Shown here one piece after another: positions 1-15,600 of a DNA stretch of 64,000 nt. The position numbers were made by a program, and so were the translations under genes. The notes beneath the pieces were generated by a model. It saw only the letters and a list, made by a program, of their open reading frames with translations. It had not been told where the DNA came from and did no database searches. This stretch comes from Mytilus trossulus. Lineage: Eukaryota. The stretch is taken from assembly GCF_036588685.1 (NCBI RefSeq), contig NC_086381.1, forward strand, positions 21,018,001-21,082,000, written 5' to 3'. Numbering within the stretch: position 1 is the first letter of the stretch; each line of letters opens with the position of its first letter.

Positions 1-146
1 TGTATTTTTTTTTCGTTATCATTATTTTTACCTTATTTTATTGTTCAACATTTATTTTAAATTCATTATTGTTCATTTAGTACTAATTAATTACCTGTTT
101 TATGTGTAAGCAGTTTTTCCTAATTGTTTATTTTAATACACAACAG

Positions 147-2495
147 GTATAAAACTGCCTTGAAGAAATTCTTTAAACAAATAGGGAAGTCAGTTGTATT
201 TTTTGAAAGGAATTATAAAACTCAGCACTTACAAATTCAGGTATGTTAATGTGTGTGTATAAATAGCTTTTATATAAGAAGATGTGTTATGAGTGCCAAT
301 GAGACAACTCATCCAAGTCACAATTTGTAAGACTAAACCATTATATGTCAAAGTACTGTCTTTAACACAGAGCCTTGGCTCACACAAAACAGCAAGCTAA
401 AAAGGGTTCCAACAATGACTCGTGTAAAACCGTTCAAATGGGAAAACCAACAGTCTAATCTATATAAAAAATGAGAAACGAATTACACTTATGAACCATA
501 TCAACAAACAACAGCTTCTGAACATCAGATTCCTGACTTGGGACTAGTGCAAACAAATGCAGCAGGATTAAGCATTTTAAAAGGTACCCACCTTCACCCC
601 ATCTGAAATATTAGTGTAACATCAACATAGAAAGTATAGGTAAAGTTGCAGTAACAGAATATCACCTAAAATTCCATTGTTTATATGTGTTGACGTTGCA
701 TTGTTCTGTGTAATACTTGTTATTTGACATTACTGTTCAAATTGCAGGATCAATAGCAACTGTAGCTGCAATCAAAAATTGCTCACACCATTTGCTAACT
801 GCCTTAAAGACCAATATTTACCCAACCTAATAATTAGCAATTAACTTTTTTAATGAATATGTGTTCTGAATTTCACATTGATGTGATCATACAAACAGCC
901 TTCAGCATTTTATGGTTGGCCATTATACTATGAGAGTGGTTAATGGTGACTTAACACTCATTTTCATAAAACTTTATATTATTCAAAAGATGTTACCATG
1001 ACTTTAAAGATGGTCAAACCTTCTATATAGCAACTATTCGGAATTTCAAATTAAAAAAAAAATGCATTCCAAATCTACTTTCATGGACTATAAATGTTTT
1101 TTGGTCATGTTGAGAAATAACAACTATTTTATATTTAACAGGTAGTTCCTGTGCCTATAGATTGTGTTCAGGAGTTAAAAGATGCCTTTATGCAGTGTTC
1201 AGAGGAGGAAAATGTTGAACTCAATGAAATACCGAAACATTCTGACTTAAAACAGGTATTTTAAACTCAACCATGGCTTCCATCAACATCCTACTATCCA
1301 GGCTTGAGTGAATTATTTTTGAGTTTGACCATCTGGAATATCAGTTTACCTGCCAGAACTAAATTTCTTAATTCATGGTTCAGAAAATATTGAGGTTTAA
1401 GCTATCTAATCAGTGGCGGATCCAGGCATTTTCATAAGTGGGGGCCCACTGACTGACCTAAGAGGGGGCCCGCTCCAGTCACGCTTCAGTGATTCCCTAT
1501 ATAAGCAACCAAATTTTTTTCCAAAAAGGGGGGCCCCTTGGCCCCCCCCTAAATCCGCCTCTGCTAATTTTTTCTAAACCATCTCCTTTAAACAGACACT
1601 CTTTGCCACTGTTTTGGTGGGTTCAATGTGTAGTACATCTTCCTATATCGAATAATTTAATGACTGCTTTCAATCATATCCTAGTAACATGCATGTTTAA
1701 GAAAAATATCATCTGTTATTTGATATATATGTTTCTTTAAAAATTTATAATGAAAAATGTTCAAATTGTATATTTCAGATTAATAAGTGAAAAACTGACT
1801 TAAAATATTAACGATACATCATTTAATTGAATGACATATTCCTTTTTGTATTTCCAGATTGTTCCATCAGGAACACCATATTTTTATGCTGAAATTCCTT
1901 CAGGAGAAAAGTTACTTCACAGAATCAAGAAACAGTTTCCGATTCAGTTTGGAAGGTAAAGCAAAGACAAACTTCTCTTAGGATATGATACAGTTTTAAT
2001 ATTTTAGAAACTTTCATTTCCAGTGGGCCAAGTTAAGCTTTTCTCATCACTTGATTATCGTTGTTCGTCTTCATCGTCAGTTACATGAAACGTTACAAAA
2101 TATTTTTTCTAAAATTACTGGACCAAGCTTAACAGGATGGATGATTAGTCAACTTTCTACTAACATTCCTTATTTTACCTTGATTGTTTTGTAGCTTCGG
2201 TGGTAAACAGTTCCCATCATAACCATTTTGATCCACTTAAGATCAATTTTGTGTATATTCTTTCTGAACATATTCGAAAAATTGTCGTGTATATATCCAT
2301 TCCATTTTCATATTATTGGTGATATATATAAAATGAAAACTTTTCTATTTCAGAGATGTTCTTTCTAGTGTACAAGTTCTGAACATGCCAGAGAGAGTTG
2401 ATTGGAGGAACTGTAAAATATCAAAAGATAAAGAGGCACGGCTAGCGGCAAAGTTTAAAGAGGACTTCAAACAATTTGATTTGAATTTGGACTGA
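147..2495 (+). CDS. CWF19L1: CWF19-like protein 1, last four coding exons (5' part lies outside the window)
   Basis: Exons 147-240, 1142-1255, 1858-1955 and 2354-2495 have AG/GT boundaries and consistent phase. They give [47 protein letters not shown].../[14 protein letters not shown]...FPIQFGR/DVL...ERVDWRNC...FKQFDLNLD*, matching the CwfJ C-terminal motifs (FERN..HLQ.Q.VP; PYF; FP.QFGR; DWR.C). AATAAA at ~2530. Confidence 0.92.
1411..1563. mobile_element. Short non-autonomous TIR element (hAT5-like MITE)
   Basis: Termini CAGTGGCGGATCC...AATCCGCCTCTG with a 5-bp TSD CTAAT. Related copies at 59484-59647 (TSD ACTTT) and partial at ~55478. Confidence 0.7.
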
Positions 2496-3656
2496 TGATC
2501 ATACATACATTTACCATTTTTTCAAAACAAATAAATTCTTTTTATATACACATAACGAAAGTATTTTCTATTAGTAATTTCATCTTTTGTAATATTTAAG
2601 AATATGGTATGAGTGGTACACCAGAGTATCAGGATCTGAATTATGCGTCAATATTTTGGCTTTGTTTTTAATGTTATTTTGTTAATTGTCTGGAGTCCTA
2701 AAGAAAGATTTTCTCTCTGTTTTATTTTATTCTTGTCAAAAAAGAAAAATACACATAGAAGACTTTAAAATCTACATTTACTGCTTCTACACCAAGCATA
2801 ACATTTAAGATTGTAAGCAAAAACTGATCAAAATAATGTCATGTATTCTTAGAGACGATTTAATACCAAGTCAGCTGGCAAAAAAAAATAGTCATTGTAA
2901 TATTTGTGATTTGACATTAAGCAGCCATTGATTGTTCCATCTTTACACACCTTGTGTTACATAGAAAGTTTCCTAGACCAATTCTTAGTTGCTGTGTAAC
3001 CCAGATGTATATAAGTGTTGAAATGCTTCTTAAAAGAGTCTGAAAGTATGGCATCCTGTTCTATTTACTTCATTAACTGACTTATATCAAGATTAAGTTA
3101 AAGTAGCAAAGAAATGCAACCCTAAGTAATGCTTCACTGATTTTAATTGGGTTTCAAAGGTTAATCATGAAAATCATCAAGTATTAAATTTTTGATGAGT
3201 ATGACATCTATATACTTTTTTGGGACGATCAATGAAGCTGAATGTGGACATGTAGTTGGAACCCCCTGCCTTTGTCCTGGGTTAGGACCCCCCCCCCCCC
3301 CCCCCCCCCCCCCTTTTTAAAATGGCTCGATCCGCCCCCGATATATATGGGATTTACTTATTGTTGTAGTCAATACAGTGAACTATAGTTATTTTAACAT
3401 CTACATCATTTTGGTCTTTGGTTGATAGTTGTTGCATTTGCAATTATACCACATCTCCTTTAATATTGTATACAGCTTTCTGACATTGACATGACAGTAT
3501 AAATAGTAAAACAACAATAAATTTTATACTTTAATCTATAAATATCAACATAACAAATAAATCAGCTCTTTCAGTTCATGTTACATTAGGAATTGTTGTC
3601 TTGTAGACAGCATAGGTCTCATTGACACTTCTATAACGCTCAACACATTCTTGTTT

Positions 3657-6600
3657 TTAAGCTGGAACAAATTTCGACTGTTGTGGTAGCCTAAACTCAG
3701 ACATATCATTGTCTATATCATAATAAGACAGATCATTATACTGGTAGTATTCTATTGATTTATACTGGGAGTTGTCAAATGGCTCTGAAAAACATAGGAT
3801 ATAAAATAGTATAATATTATATTTAAAATCCCATTAAAATATACATTTCGTGTAAAATGTGGATGTGCCAGAATTGTTTGAAATGTGAAGACCTATAAAA
3901 TACATGTACAAAATGTACTATGTTCTTGATAAATTGTCAAACTACATGTACTCCTTTAAGGAGTTAATGTTCTTGAAAAACTATTTTTTTGTATTTTCTA
4001 ATTTTGTGATTTTTTTGTGGAAACTATTGAAAATTGATAGAAACTGAATTAAGTCAGCAAAATAAGAGCATGACATCTACAAATACCACAACATAGCTAA
4101 AATCATCAGTAGACTCCTTGTTGAAATTATTTCCCTTCAATGCAGATTTTCCATGATAATATTTTTGCAGAAATTGTAGTATATAGCAACTGTTATTAGT
4201 ATAGTCTGTAGACAGTCGACCCTCATTGACGGTTTAGAAGCTTCATTAACAAAAAACATCATTTGAAGAACAGTTTTCTTTATTTTTTTTATTTTACTGA
4301 TTTGACTGATAATTAACTTATTTTTTGTGAGCTATTATTTATGTTTGTACTCTGTTGTGTCTGTTTAAACACTTCAACTTCTATTTATAAAGGAACAAAT
4401 TCACAGGGTATTGTATGTTAGGTATGCACTATAATTATTATATGGTAAAATTTAATAATACCAGTCTTAGATTCTTTAGCTTTGGCAACAGTTTCCTTCT
4501 TGGCAGGTTTCTTTTCTTTTGCTGGACCTTTATCTTCACCTGTACTGTACAGCCGTGGCAAATATCCCTGTAATGTATGTAAATAACATGTTATTAGATC
4601 ATGACATGGACAGACCTTTATCTTCACCTGTACTGTACACCGTGGCAAATATCCCTGTAATGTATATAAATAACATGCTATTAGATCATGACATGGACAG
4701 ACCTTTATCTTCACCTGTACTGTACAGCCGTGGCAAATATCCCTGTAATGTATATAAATAACATGTTATTAGATCATGACATAGACGGACCTTTATCTTC
4801 ACCTGTACTGTACACCGTGGAAATATCCCTGTAATGTATATAAATAACATGTTATTAGATCATGACATAGACGGACCTTTATCTTCACCTGTACTGTACA
4901 CCGTGGAAATATCCCTGTAATGTATATAAATAACATGTTATTAGATCATGACATAGACGGACCTTTATCTTCACCTGTACTGTACACCGTGGAAATATCC
5001 CTGTAATGTATATAAATAACATGTTATTAGATCATGACATAGACGGACCTTTATCTTCACCTGTACTGTACAGCCGTGGCAATTATCCCTGTAATGTATA
5101 TAAATAACATGCTATTAGATCATGACATGGACAGACCTTTATCTTCACCTGTACTGTACACCGTGCAAATATCCCTGTAATGTATATAAATAACATGCTA
5201 TTAGATCATGACATAGACAGACCTTGATCTTCACCTGTACTGTACAGCCGTGGCAAATATCCCTGTAATGTATATAAATAACATGTTATTAGATCATGAC
5301 ATAGACAGACCTTTATCTTCACCTGTACTGTACAGCCGTGGCAAATATCCCTGTAATGTATATAAATAACATGTTATTAGATCATGACATAGACAGACCT
5401 TTATCTTCACCTGTACTGTACACCGTGGCAAATATCCCTGTAATGTATATAAATAACATGTCATTAGATCATGACATGGACGGACCTTTATCTTCACCTG
5501 TACTGTACACTGTGGAAATATCCCTGTAATGTATATAAATAACATGTCATTAGATCATGACATGGACAGACCTTTATCTTCACCTGTACTGTACACCGTG
5601 GCAAATATCCCTGTAATGTATATAAATAACATGTTATTAGATCATGACATAGACGGACCTTTATCTTCACCTGTACTGTACACCGTGGAAATATCCCTGT
5701 AATGTATATAAATAACATGATATTAGATCATGACATAGAGACCTTGATCTTCACCTGTACTGTACACCGTGGCAAATATCCCTGTAATGTATGTAAATAA
5801 CATGTTATTAGATCATGACATGGACGGACCTTTATCTTCACCTGTACTGTACACCGTGGCAAATATCCCTGTAATGTATATAAATAACATGTCATTAGAT
5901 CATGACATGGACAGACCTTTATCTTCACCTGTACTGTACACTGTGGAAATATCCCTGTAATGTATGTAAATAACATGTTATTAGATCATGACATAGACAG
6001 ACCTTTATCTTCACCTGTACTGTACAGCCGTGGTAAATATCCCTGTAATGTATATAAATAACATGTTATTAGATCATGACATAGACGGACTTTTATCTTA
6101 ACCTGTACTGTACAGCCGTGGTAAATATCCCTGTAATGTATATAAATAACATGCTATTAGATCATGACATAGACGGACCTTTATCTTAACCTGTACTGTA
6201 CAGCCGTGGTAAATATCCCTGTAATGTATATAAATAACATGCTATTAGATCATGACATAGACGGACCTTTATCTTCACCTGTACTGTACAGCTGTGGCAA
6301 ATATCCCTGTAATGTATATAAATAACATGCTATTAGATCATGACATAGACCGACCTTTATCTTCACCTGTACTGTACACCGTGGAAATATCCCTGTAATG
6401 TATATAAATAACATGCTATTAGATCATGACATAGACGGACCTTTATCTTCACCTGTACTGTACACCGTGCAAATATCCCTGTAATGTATATAAATAACAT
6501 GTCATTAGATCATGACATAGACGGACCTTTATCTTCACCTGTACTGTACAGCCGTGGCAAATATCCCTGTAATGTATATAAATAACATGCTATTAGATCA

Positions 6601-9600
6601 TGACATGGACAGACCTTTATCTTCACCTGTACTGTACACCGTGGAAATATCCCTGTAATGTATATAAATAACATGCTATTAGATCATGACATAGACGGAC
6701 CTTTATCTTCACCTGTACTGTACAGCCGTGGCAAATATCCCTGTAATGTATATAAATAACATGCTATTAGATCATGACATGGACAGACCTTTATCTTCAC
6801 CTGTACTGTACACCGTGCAAATATCCCTGTAATGCATATAAATAACATGCTATTAGATCATGACATGGACAGACCTTTATCTTCACCTGTACTGTACAGC
6901 TGTGGCAAATATCCCTGTTATGTATATAAATAACATGCTATTAGATCATGACATAGACGGACCTTTATATTCACCTGTACTGTACACCGTGCAAATATCC
7001 CTGTAATGTATATAAATAACATGCTATTAGATCATGACATAGACGGACCTTTATCTTCACCTGTACTGTACACCGTGCAAATATCCCTGTAATGTATATA
7101 AATAACATGTCATTAGATCATGACATAGACGGACCTTTATCTTCACCTGTACTGTACACCGTGCAAATATCCCTGTAATGTATATAAATAACATGTCATT
7201 AGATCATGACATAGACAGACCTTTATCTTCACCTGTACTGTACACCGTGGCAAATATCCCTGTAATGTATATAAATAACATGTTATTAGATCATGACATA
7301 GACGGACCTTTATCTTCACCTGTACTGTACAGCTGTGGCAAATATCCCTGTAATGTATATAAATAACATGCTATTAGATCATGACATAGACGGACCTTTA
7401 TCTTCACCTGTACTGTACAGCCGTGGCAAATATCCCTGTAATGTATATAAATAACATGCTATTAGATCATGACATAGACGGACCTTTATCTTCACCTGTA
7501 CTGTACAGCTGTGGCAAATATCCCTGTAATGTATATAAATAACATGCTATTAGATCATGACATAGACGGACCTTTATCTTCACCTGTACTGTACAGCCGT
7601 GGCAAATATCCCTGTAATGTATATAAATAACATGTCATTAGATCATGACATGGACAGACCTTTATCTTCACCTGTACTGTACACCGTGGCAAATATCCCT
7701 GTAATGTATATAAATAACATGCTATTAGATCATGACATGGACAGACCTTGATCTTCACCTGTACTGTACACCGTGCAAATATCCCTGTAATGTATATAAA
7801 TAACATGCTATTAGATCATGACATAGACGGACCTTTATCTTCACCTGTACTGTACACCGTGGCAAATATCCCTTTAATGTATATAAAATAACATGCTATT
7901 AGATCATGACATAGACAGACCTTTATCTTCACCTGTACTGTACAGCTGTGGCAAATATCCCTGTAATGTATATAAATAACATGTCATTAGATCATGACAT
8001 GGACAGACCTTTATCTTCACCTGTACTGTACAGCCGTGGCAAATATCCCTGTAATGTATGTAAATAACATGTTATTAGATCATGACATAGACAGACCTTT
8101 ATCTTCACCTGTACTGTACACCGTGGCAAATATCCCTGTAATGTATATAAATAACATGCTATTAGATCATGACATAGACAGACCTTTATCTTCACCTGTA
8201 CTGTACACCGTGCAAATATCCCTGTAATGTATATAAATAACATGCTATTAGATCATGACATAGACGGACCTTTATCTTCACCTGTACTGTACACCGTGCA
8301 AATATCCCTGTAATGTATATAAATAGCATGCTATTAGATCATGACATAGACGGACCTTTATCTTCACCTGTACTGTACACCTTGGCAAATATCCCTGTAA
8401 TGTATATAAATAACATGCTATTAGATCATGACATAGACAGACCTTTATCTTCACCTGTACTGTACAGCTGTGGCAAATATCCCTGTAATGTATATAAATA
8501 ACATGTCATTAGATCATGACATGGACAGACCTTTATCTTCACCTGTACTGTACAGCCGTGGCAAATATCCCTGTAATGTATGTAAATAACATGTTATTAG
8601 ATCATGACATAGACAGACCTTTATCTTCACCTGTACTGTACAGCCGTGGAAATATCCCTGTAATGTATATAAATAACATGTCATTAGATCATGACATGGA
8701 CAGACCTTTATCTTCACCTGTACTGTACAGCCGTGGCAAATATCCCTGTAATGTATATAAATAACATGCTATTAGATCATGACATAGACAGACCTTTATC
8801 TTCACCTGTACTGTACAGCTGTGGCAAATATCCCTGTAATGTATATAAATAACATGCTATTAGATCATGACATAGACAGACCTTGATCTTCACCTGTACT
8901 GTACAGCCGTGGCAAATATCCCTGTAATGTATATAAATAACATGCTATTAGATCATGACATAGACGGACCTTTATCTTCACCTGTACTGTACACCGTGGC
9001 AAATATCCCTGTAATGTATATAAATAACATGCTATTAGATCATGACATGGACGGACCTTTATCTTCACCTGTACTGTACAGCCGTGGCAAATATCCCTGT
9101 AATGTATGTAAATAACATGCTATTAGATCATGACATAGACAGACCTTTATCTTCACCTGTACTGTACAGACGTGGAAATATCCCTGTAATGTATGTAAAT
9201 AACATGTTATTAGATCATGACATGGACGGACCTTTATCTTCACCTGTACTGTACAGACGTGGAAATATCCCTGTAATGTATATAAATAACATGTTATTAG
9301 ATCATGACATAGACGGACCTTTATCTTCACCTGTACTGTACACCGTGGAAATATCCCTGTAATGTATATAAATAACATGTTATTAGATCATGACATAGAC
9401 GGACCTTTATCTTCACCTGTACTGTACACCGTGGAAATATCCCTGTAATGTATATAAATAACATGTTATTAGATCATGACATAGACGGACCTTTATCTTC
9501 ACCTGTACTGTACACCGTGGAAATATCCCTGTAATGTATATAAATAACATGTTATTAGATCATGACATGGACGGACCTTTATCTTCACCTGTACTGTACA

Positions 9601-12600
9601 GACGTGGAAATATCCCTGTAATGTATGTAAATAACATGTTATTAGATCATGACATAGACAGACCTTTATCTTCACCTGTACTGTACACCGTGGAAATATC
9701 CCTGTAATGTATATAAATAACATGTTATTAGATCATGACATGGACGGACCTTTATCTTCACCTGTACTGTACAGACGTGGAAATATCCCTGTAATGTATG
9801 TAAATAACATGTTATTAGATCATGACATAGACAGACCTTTATCTTCACCTGTACTGTACACCGTGGAAATATCCCTGTAATGTATATAAATAACATGCTA
9901 TTAGATCATGACATGGACAGACCTTTATCTTCACCTGTACTGTACACCGTGGAAATATCCCTGTAATGTATGTAAATAACATGTTATTAGATCATGACAT
10001 AGACAGACCTTTATCTACACCTGTACTGTACAGACGTGGAAATATCCCTGTAATGTATGTAAATAACATGTTATTAGATCATGACATAGACAGACCTTTA
10101 TCTTCACCTGTACTGTACACCGTGGAAATATCCCTGTAATGTATATAAATAACATGTTATTAGATCATGACATGGACAGACCTTTATCTTCACCTGTACT
10201 GTACAGCCGTGGCAAATATCCCTGTAATGTATATAAATAACATGCTATTAGATCATGACATAGAGACCTTTATCTTAACCTGCACTGTACAGCCGTGGCA
10301 AATATCCCTGTAATGTATATAAATAAGATGCTATTAGATCATGACATGGACAGACCTTTATCTTCACCTGTACTGTACAGCCGTGGCAAATATCCCTGTA
10401 ATGTATATAAATAACATGTTATTAGATCATGACATGGACGGACCTTTATCTTCACCTGTACTGTACAGACGTGGCAAATATCCCTGTAATGTATATAAAT
10501 AACATGCTATTAGATCATGACATAGAGACCTTTATCTTCACCTGTACTGTACAGCCGTGGCAAATATCCCTGTAATGTATATAAATAACATGCTATTAGA
10601 TCATGACATAGAGACCTTTATCTTAACCTGCACTGTACAGCCGTGGCAAATATCCCTGTAATGTATGTAAATAACATGCTATTAGATCATGACATAGAGA
10701 CCTTTATCTTCACCTGTACTGTACAGCCGTGGCAAATATCCCTGTAATGTATATAAATAACATGCTATTAGATCATGACATAGAGACCTTTATCTTAACC
10801 TGCACTGTAAAGCCGTGGCAAATATCCCTGTAATGTATATAAATAACATGCTATTAGATCATGACATAGACAGACCTTTATCTTCACCTGTACTGTACAC
10901 CGTGGCAAATATCCCTGTAATGTATGTAAATAACATGTTATTAGATCATGACATGGACGGACCTTTATCTTCACCTGTACTGTACAGCCGTGGCAAATAT
11001 CCCTGTAATGTATATAAATAACATGCTATTAGATCATGACATAGACAGACCTTTATCTTCACCTGTACTGTACAGCTGTGGCAAATATCCCTGTAATGTA
11101 TATAAATAACATGTCATTAGATCATGACATGGACAGACCTTTATCTTCACCTGTACTGTACAGCCGTGGCAAATATCCCTGTAATGTATGTAAATAACAT
11201 GTTATTAGATCATGACATAGACAGACCTTTATCTTCACCTGTACTGTACAGCCGTGGAAATATCCCTGTAATGTATATAAATAACATGTCATTAGATCAT
11301 GACATGGACAGACCTTTATCTTCACCTGTACTGTACAGCCGTGGCAAATATCCCTGTAATGTATATAAATAACATGCTATTAGATCATGACATAGACAGA
11401 CCTTTATCTTCACCTGTACTGTACAGCTGTGGCAAATATCCCTGTAATGTATATAAATAACATGCTATTAGATCATGACATAGACAGACCTTGATCTTCA
11501 CCTGTACTGTACAGCCGTGGCAAATATCCCTGTAATGTATATAAATAACATGCTATTAGATCATGACATAGACGGACCTTTATCTTCACCTGTACTGTAC
11601 ACCGTGGCAAATATCCCTGTAATGTATATAAATAACATGCTATTAGATCATGACATGGACGGACCTTTATCTTCACCTGTACTGTACAGCCGTGGCAAAT
11701 ATCCCTGTAATGTATGTAAATAACATGCTATTAGATCATGACATAGACAGACCTTTATCTTCACCTGTACTGTACAGACGTGGAAATATCCCTGTAATGT
11801 ATGTAAATAACATGTTATTAGATCATGACATGGACGGACCTTTATCTTCACCTGTACTGTACAGACGTGGAAATATCCCTGTAATGTATATAAATAACAT
11901 GTTATTAGATCATGACATAGACGGACCTTTATCTTCACCTGTACTGTACACCGTGGAAATATCCCTGTAATGTATATAAATAACATGTTATTAGATCATG
12001 ACATAGACGGACCTTTATCTTCACCTGTACTGTACACCGTGGAAATATCCCTGTAATGTATATAAATAACATGTTATTAGATCATGACATAGACGGACCT
12101 TTATCTTCACCTGTACTGTACACCGTGGAAATATCCCTGTAATGTATATAAATAACATGTTATTAGATCATGACATGGACGGACCTTTATCTTCACCTGT
12201 ACTGTACAGACGTGGAAATATCCCTGTAATGTATGTAAATAACATGTTATTAGATCATGACATAGACAGACCTTTATCTTCACCTGTACTGTACACCGTG
12301 GAAATATCCCTGTAATGTATATAAATAACATGTTATTAGATCATGACATGGACGGACCTTTATCTTCACCTGTACTGTACAGACGTGGAAATATCCCTGT
12401 AATGTATGTAAATAACATGTTATTAGATCATGACATAGACAGACCTTTATCTTCACCTGTACTGTACACCGTGGAAATATCCCTGTAATGTATATAAATA
12501 ACATGCTATTAGATCATGACATGGACAGACCTTTATCTTCACCTGTACTGTACACCGTGGAAATATCCCTGTAATGTATGTAAATAACATGTTATTAGAT

Positions 12601-15600
12601 CATGACATAGACAGACCTTTATCTACACCTGTACTGTACAGACGTGGAAATATCCCTGTAATGTATGTAAATAACATGTTATTAGATCATGACATAGACA
12701 GACCTTTATCTTCACCTGTACTGTACACCGTGGAAATATCCCTGTAATGTATATAAATAACATGTTATTAGATCATGACATGGACAGACCTTTATCTTCA
12801 CCTGTACTGTACAGCCGTGGCAAATATCCCTGTAATGTATATAAATAACATGCTATTAGATCATGACATAGAGACCTTTATCTTAACCTGCACTGTACAG
12901 CCGTGGCAAATATCCCTGTAATGTATATAAATAAGATGCTATTAGATCATGACATGGACAGACCTTTATCTTCACCTGTACTGTACAGCCGTGGCAAATA
13001 TCCCTGTAATGTATATAAATAACATGTTATTAGATCATGACATGGACGGACCTTTATCTTCACCTGTACTGTACAGACGTGGCAAATATCCCTGTAATGT
13101 ATATAAATAACATGCTATTAGATCATGACATAGAGACCTTTATCTTCACCTGTACTGTACAGCCGTGGCAAATATCCCTGTAATGTATATAAATAACATG
13201 CTATTAGATCATGACATAGAGACCTTTATCTTAACCTGCACTGTACAGCCGTGGCAAATATCCCTGTAATGTATGTAAATAACATGCTATTAGATCATGA
13301 CATAGAGACCTTTATCTTCACCTGTACTGTACAGCCGTGGCAAATATCCCTGTAATGTATATAAATAACATGCTATTAGATCATGACATAGAGACCTTTA
13401 TCTTAACCTGCACTGTAAAGCCGTGGCAAATATCCCTGTAATGTATATAAATAACATGCTATTAGATCATGACATAGACAGACCTTTATCTTCACCTGTA
13501 CTGTACACCGTGGCAAATATCCCTGTAATGTATGTAAATAACATGTTATTAGATCATGACATGGACGGACCTTTATCTTCACCTGTACTGTACAGCCGTG
13601 GCAAATATCCCTGTAATGTATATAAATAACATGCTATTAGATCATGACATACAGACCTTTATCTTCACCTGTACTGTACAGCCGTGGAAATATCCCTGTA
13701 ATGTATGTAAATAACATGCTATTAGATCATGACATGGACGGACCTTTATCTTCACCTGTACTGTACAGCCGTGGCAAATATCCCTGTAATGTATATAAAT
13801 AACATGCTATTAGATCATGACATGGACGGACCTTTATCTTCACCTGTACTGTACAGCCGTGGCAAATATCCCTGTAATGTATATAAATAACATGTTATTA
13901 GATCATGACATAGAGACCTTGATCTTCACCTGTACTGTACAGCAGGGCAAATATCCCTGTAATGTATATAAATAACATGTTATTAGATCATGACATAGAG
14001 ACCTTGATCTTCACCTGTACTGTACAGCCATGGCAAATATCCCTGTAATGTATATAAATAACATGCTATTAGATCATGACATGGACGGACCTTTATCTTC
14101 ACCTGTACTGTACAGCCGTGGCAAATATCCCTGTAATGTATATAAATAACATGCTATTAGATCATGACATGGACGGACCTTTATCTTCACCTGTACTGTA
14201 CAGACGTGGAAATATCCCTGTAATGTATGTAAATAACATGTTATTAGATCATGACATGGACGACCTTTATCTTCACCGGTACTGTACAGACGTGGAAATA
14301 TCCCTGTAATGTATATAAATAACATGTTATTAGATCATGACATAGACAGACCTTTATCTTCACCTGTACCGTACAGCCGTGGCAAATATCCCTGTAATGT
14401 ATATAAATAACATGTTATTAGATCATGACATAGACAGACCTTTATCTTCACCTGTACTGTACAGCCATGGAAATATCCCTGTAATGTATATAAATAACAT
14501 GTTATTAGATCATGACATAGACAGACCTTTATCTTCACCTGTACTGTACAGCCGTGGCAAATATCCCTGTAATGTATATAAATAACATGTTATTAGTTCA
14601 TGACATGGACGGACCTTGATCTTCACCTGTACTGTACACCGTGGCAAATATCCCTGTAATGTATATAAATAACATGCTATTAGATCATGACATAGACAGA
14701 CCTTTATCTTCATCTGTACTGTACAGCCGTGGCAAATATCCCTGTAATATATGTAAATAACATGTTATTAGATTATGACATGGACAGACCTTTATCTTCA
14801 CCTGTACTGTACAGCCGTGGAAATATCCCTGTAATGTATGTAAATAACATGTTATTAGATCATGACATAGACAGACCTTTATCTTCACCTGTACTGTACA
14901 GCCGTGGCAAATATCCCTGTAATGTATATAAATAACATGTTATTAGATCATGACATTGACAGACCTTTATCTTCACCTGTACTGTACAGCCGTGGCAAAT
15001 ATCCCTGTAATGTATATAAATAACATGCTATTAGATCATGACATGGACGGACCTTTATCTTCACCTGTACTGTACAGACGTGGAAATATCCCTGTAATGT
15101 ATGTAAATAACATGTTATTAGATCATGACATGGACGGACCTTTATCTTCACCTGTACTGTACAGCCGTGGCAAATATCCCTGTAATGTATATAAATAACA
15201 TGTTATTAGATCATGACATAGACAGACCTTTATCTTCACCTGTACCGTACAGCCGTGGAAATATCCCTGTAATGTATGTAAATAACATGCTATTAGATCA
15301 TGACATTGACAGACCTTTATCTTCACCTGTACTGTACACCGTGGAAATATCCCTGTAATGTATGTAAATAACATGCTATTAGATCATGACATAGACAGAC
15401 CTTGATCTTCACCTGTACTGTACACCGTGGAAATATCCCTGTAATGTATATAAATAACATGTTATTAGATCATGACATGGACGGACCTTTATCTTCACCT
15501 GTACTGTACACCGTGGAAATATCCCTGTAATGTATATAAATAACATGCTATTAGATCATGACATGGACGGACCTTGATCTTCACCTGTACTGTACACCGT

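Noticed and set aside
3288-3313. Long poly-C run as a regulatory G-quadruplex
   Set aside because: Lies in a MITE remnant of a family with G/C runs; homopolymer length is unreliable and there is no functional evidence.
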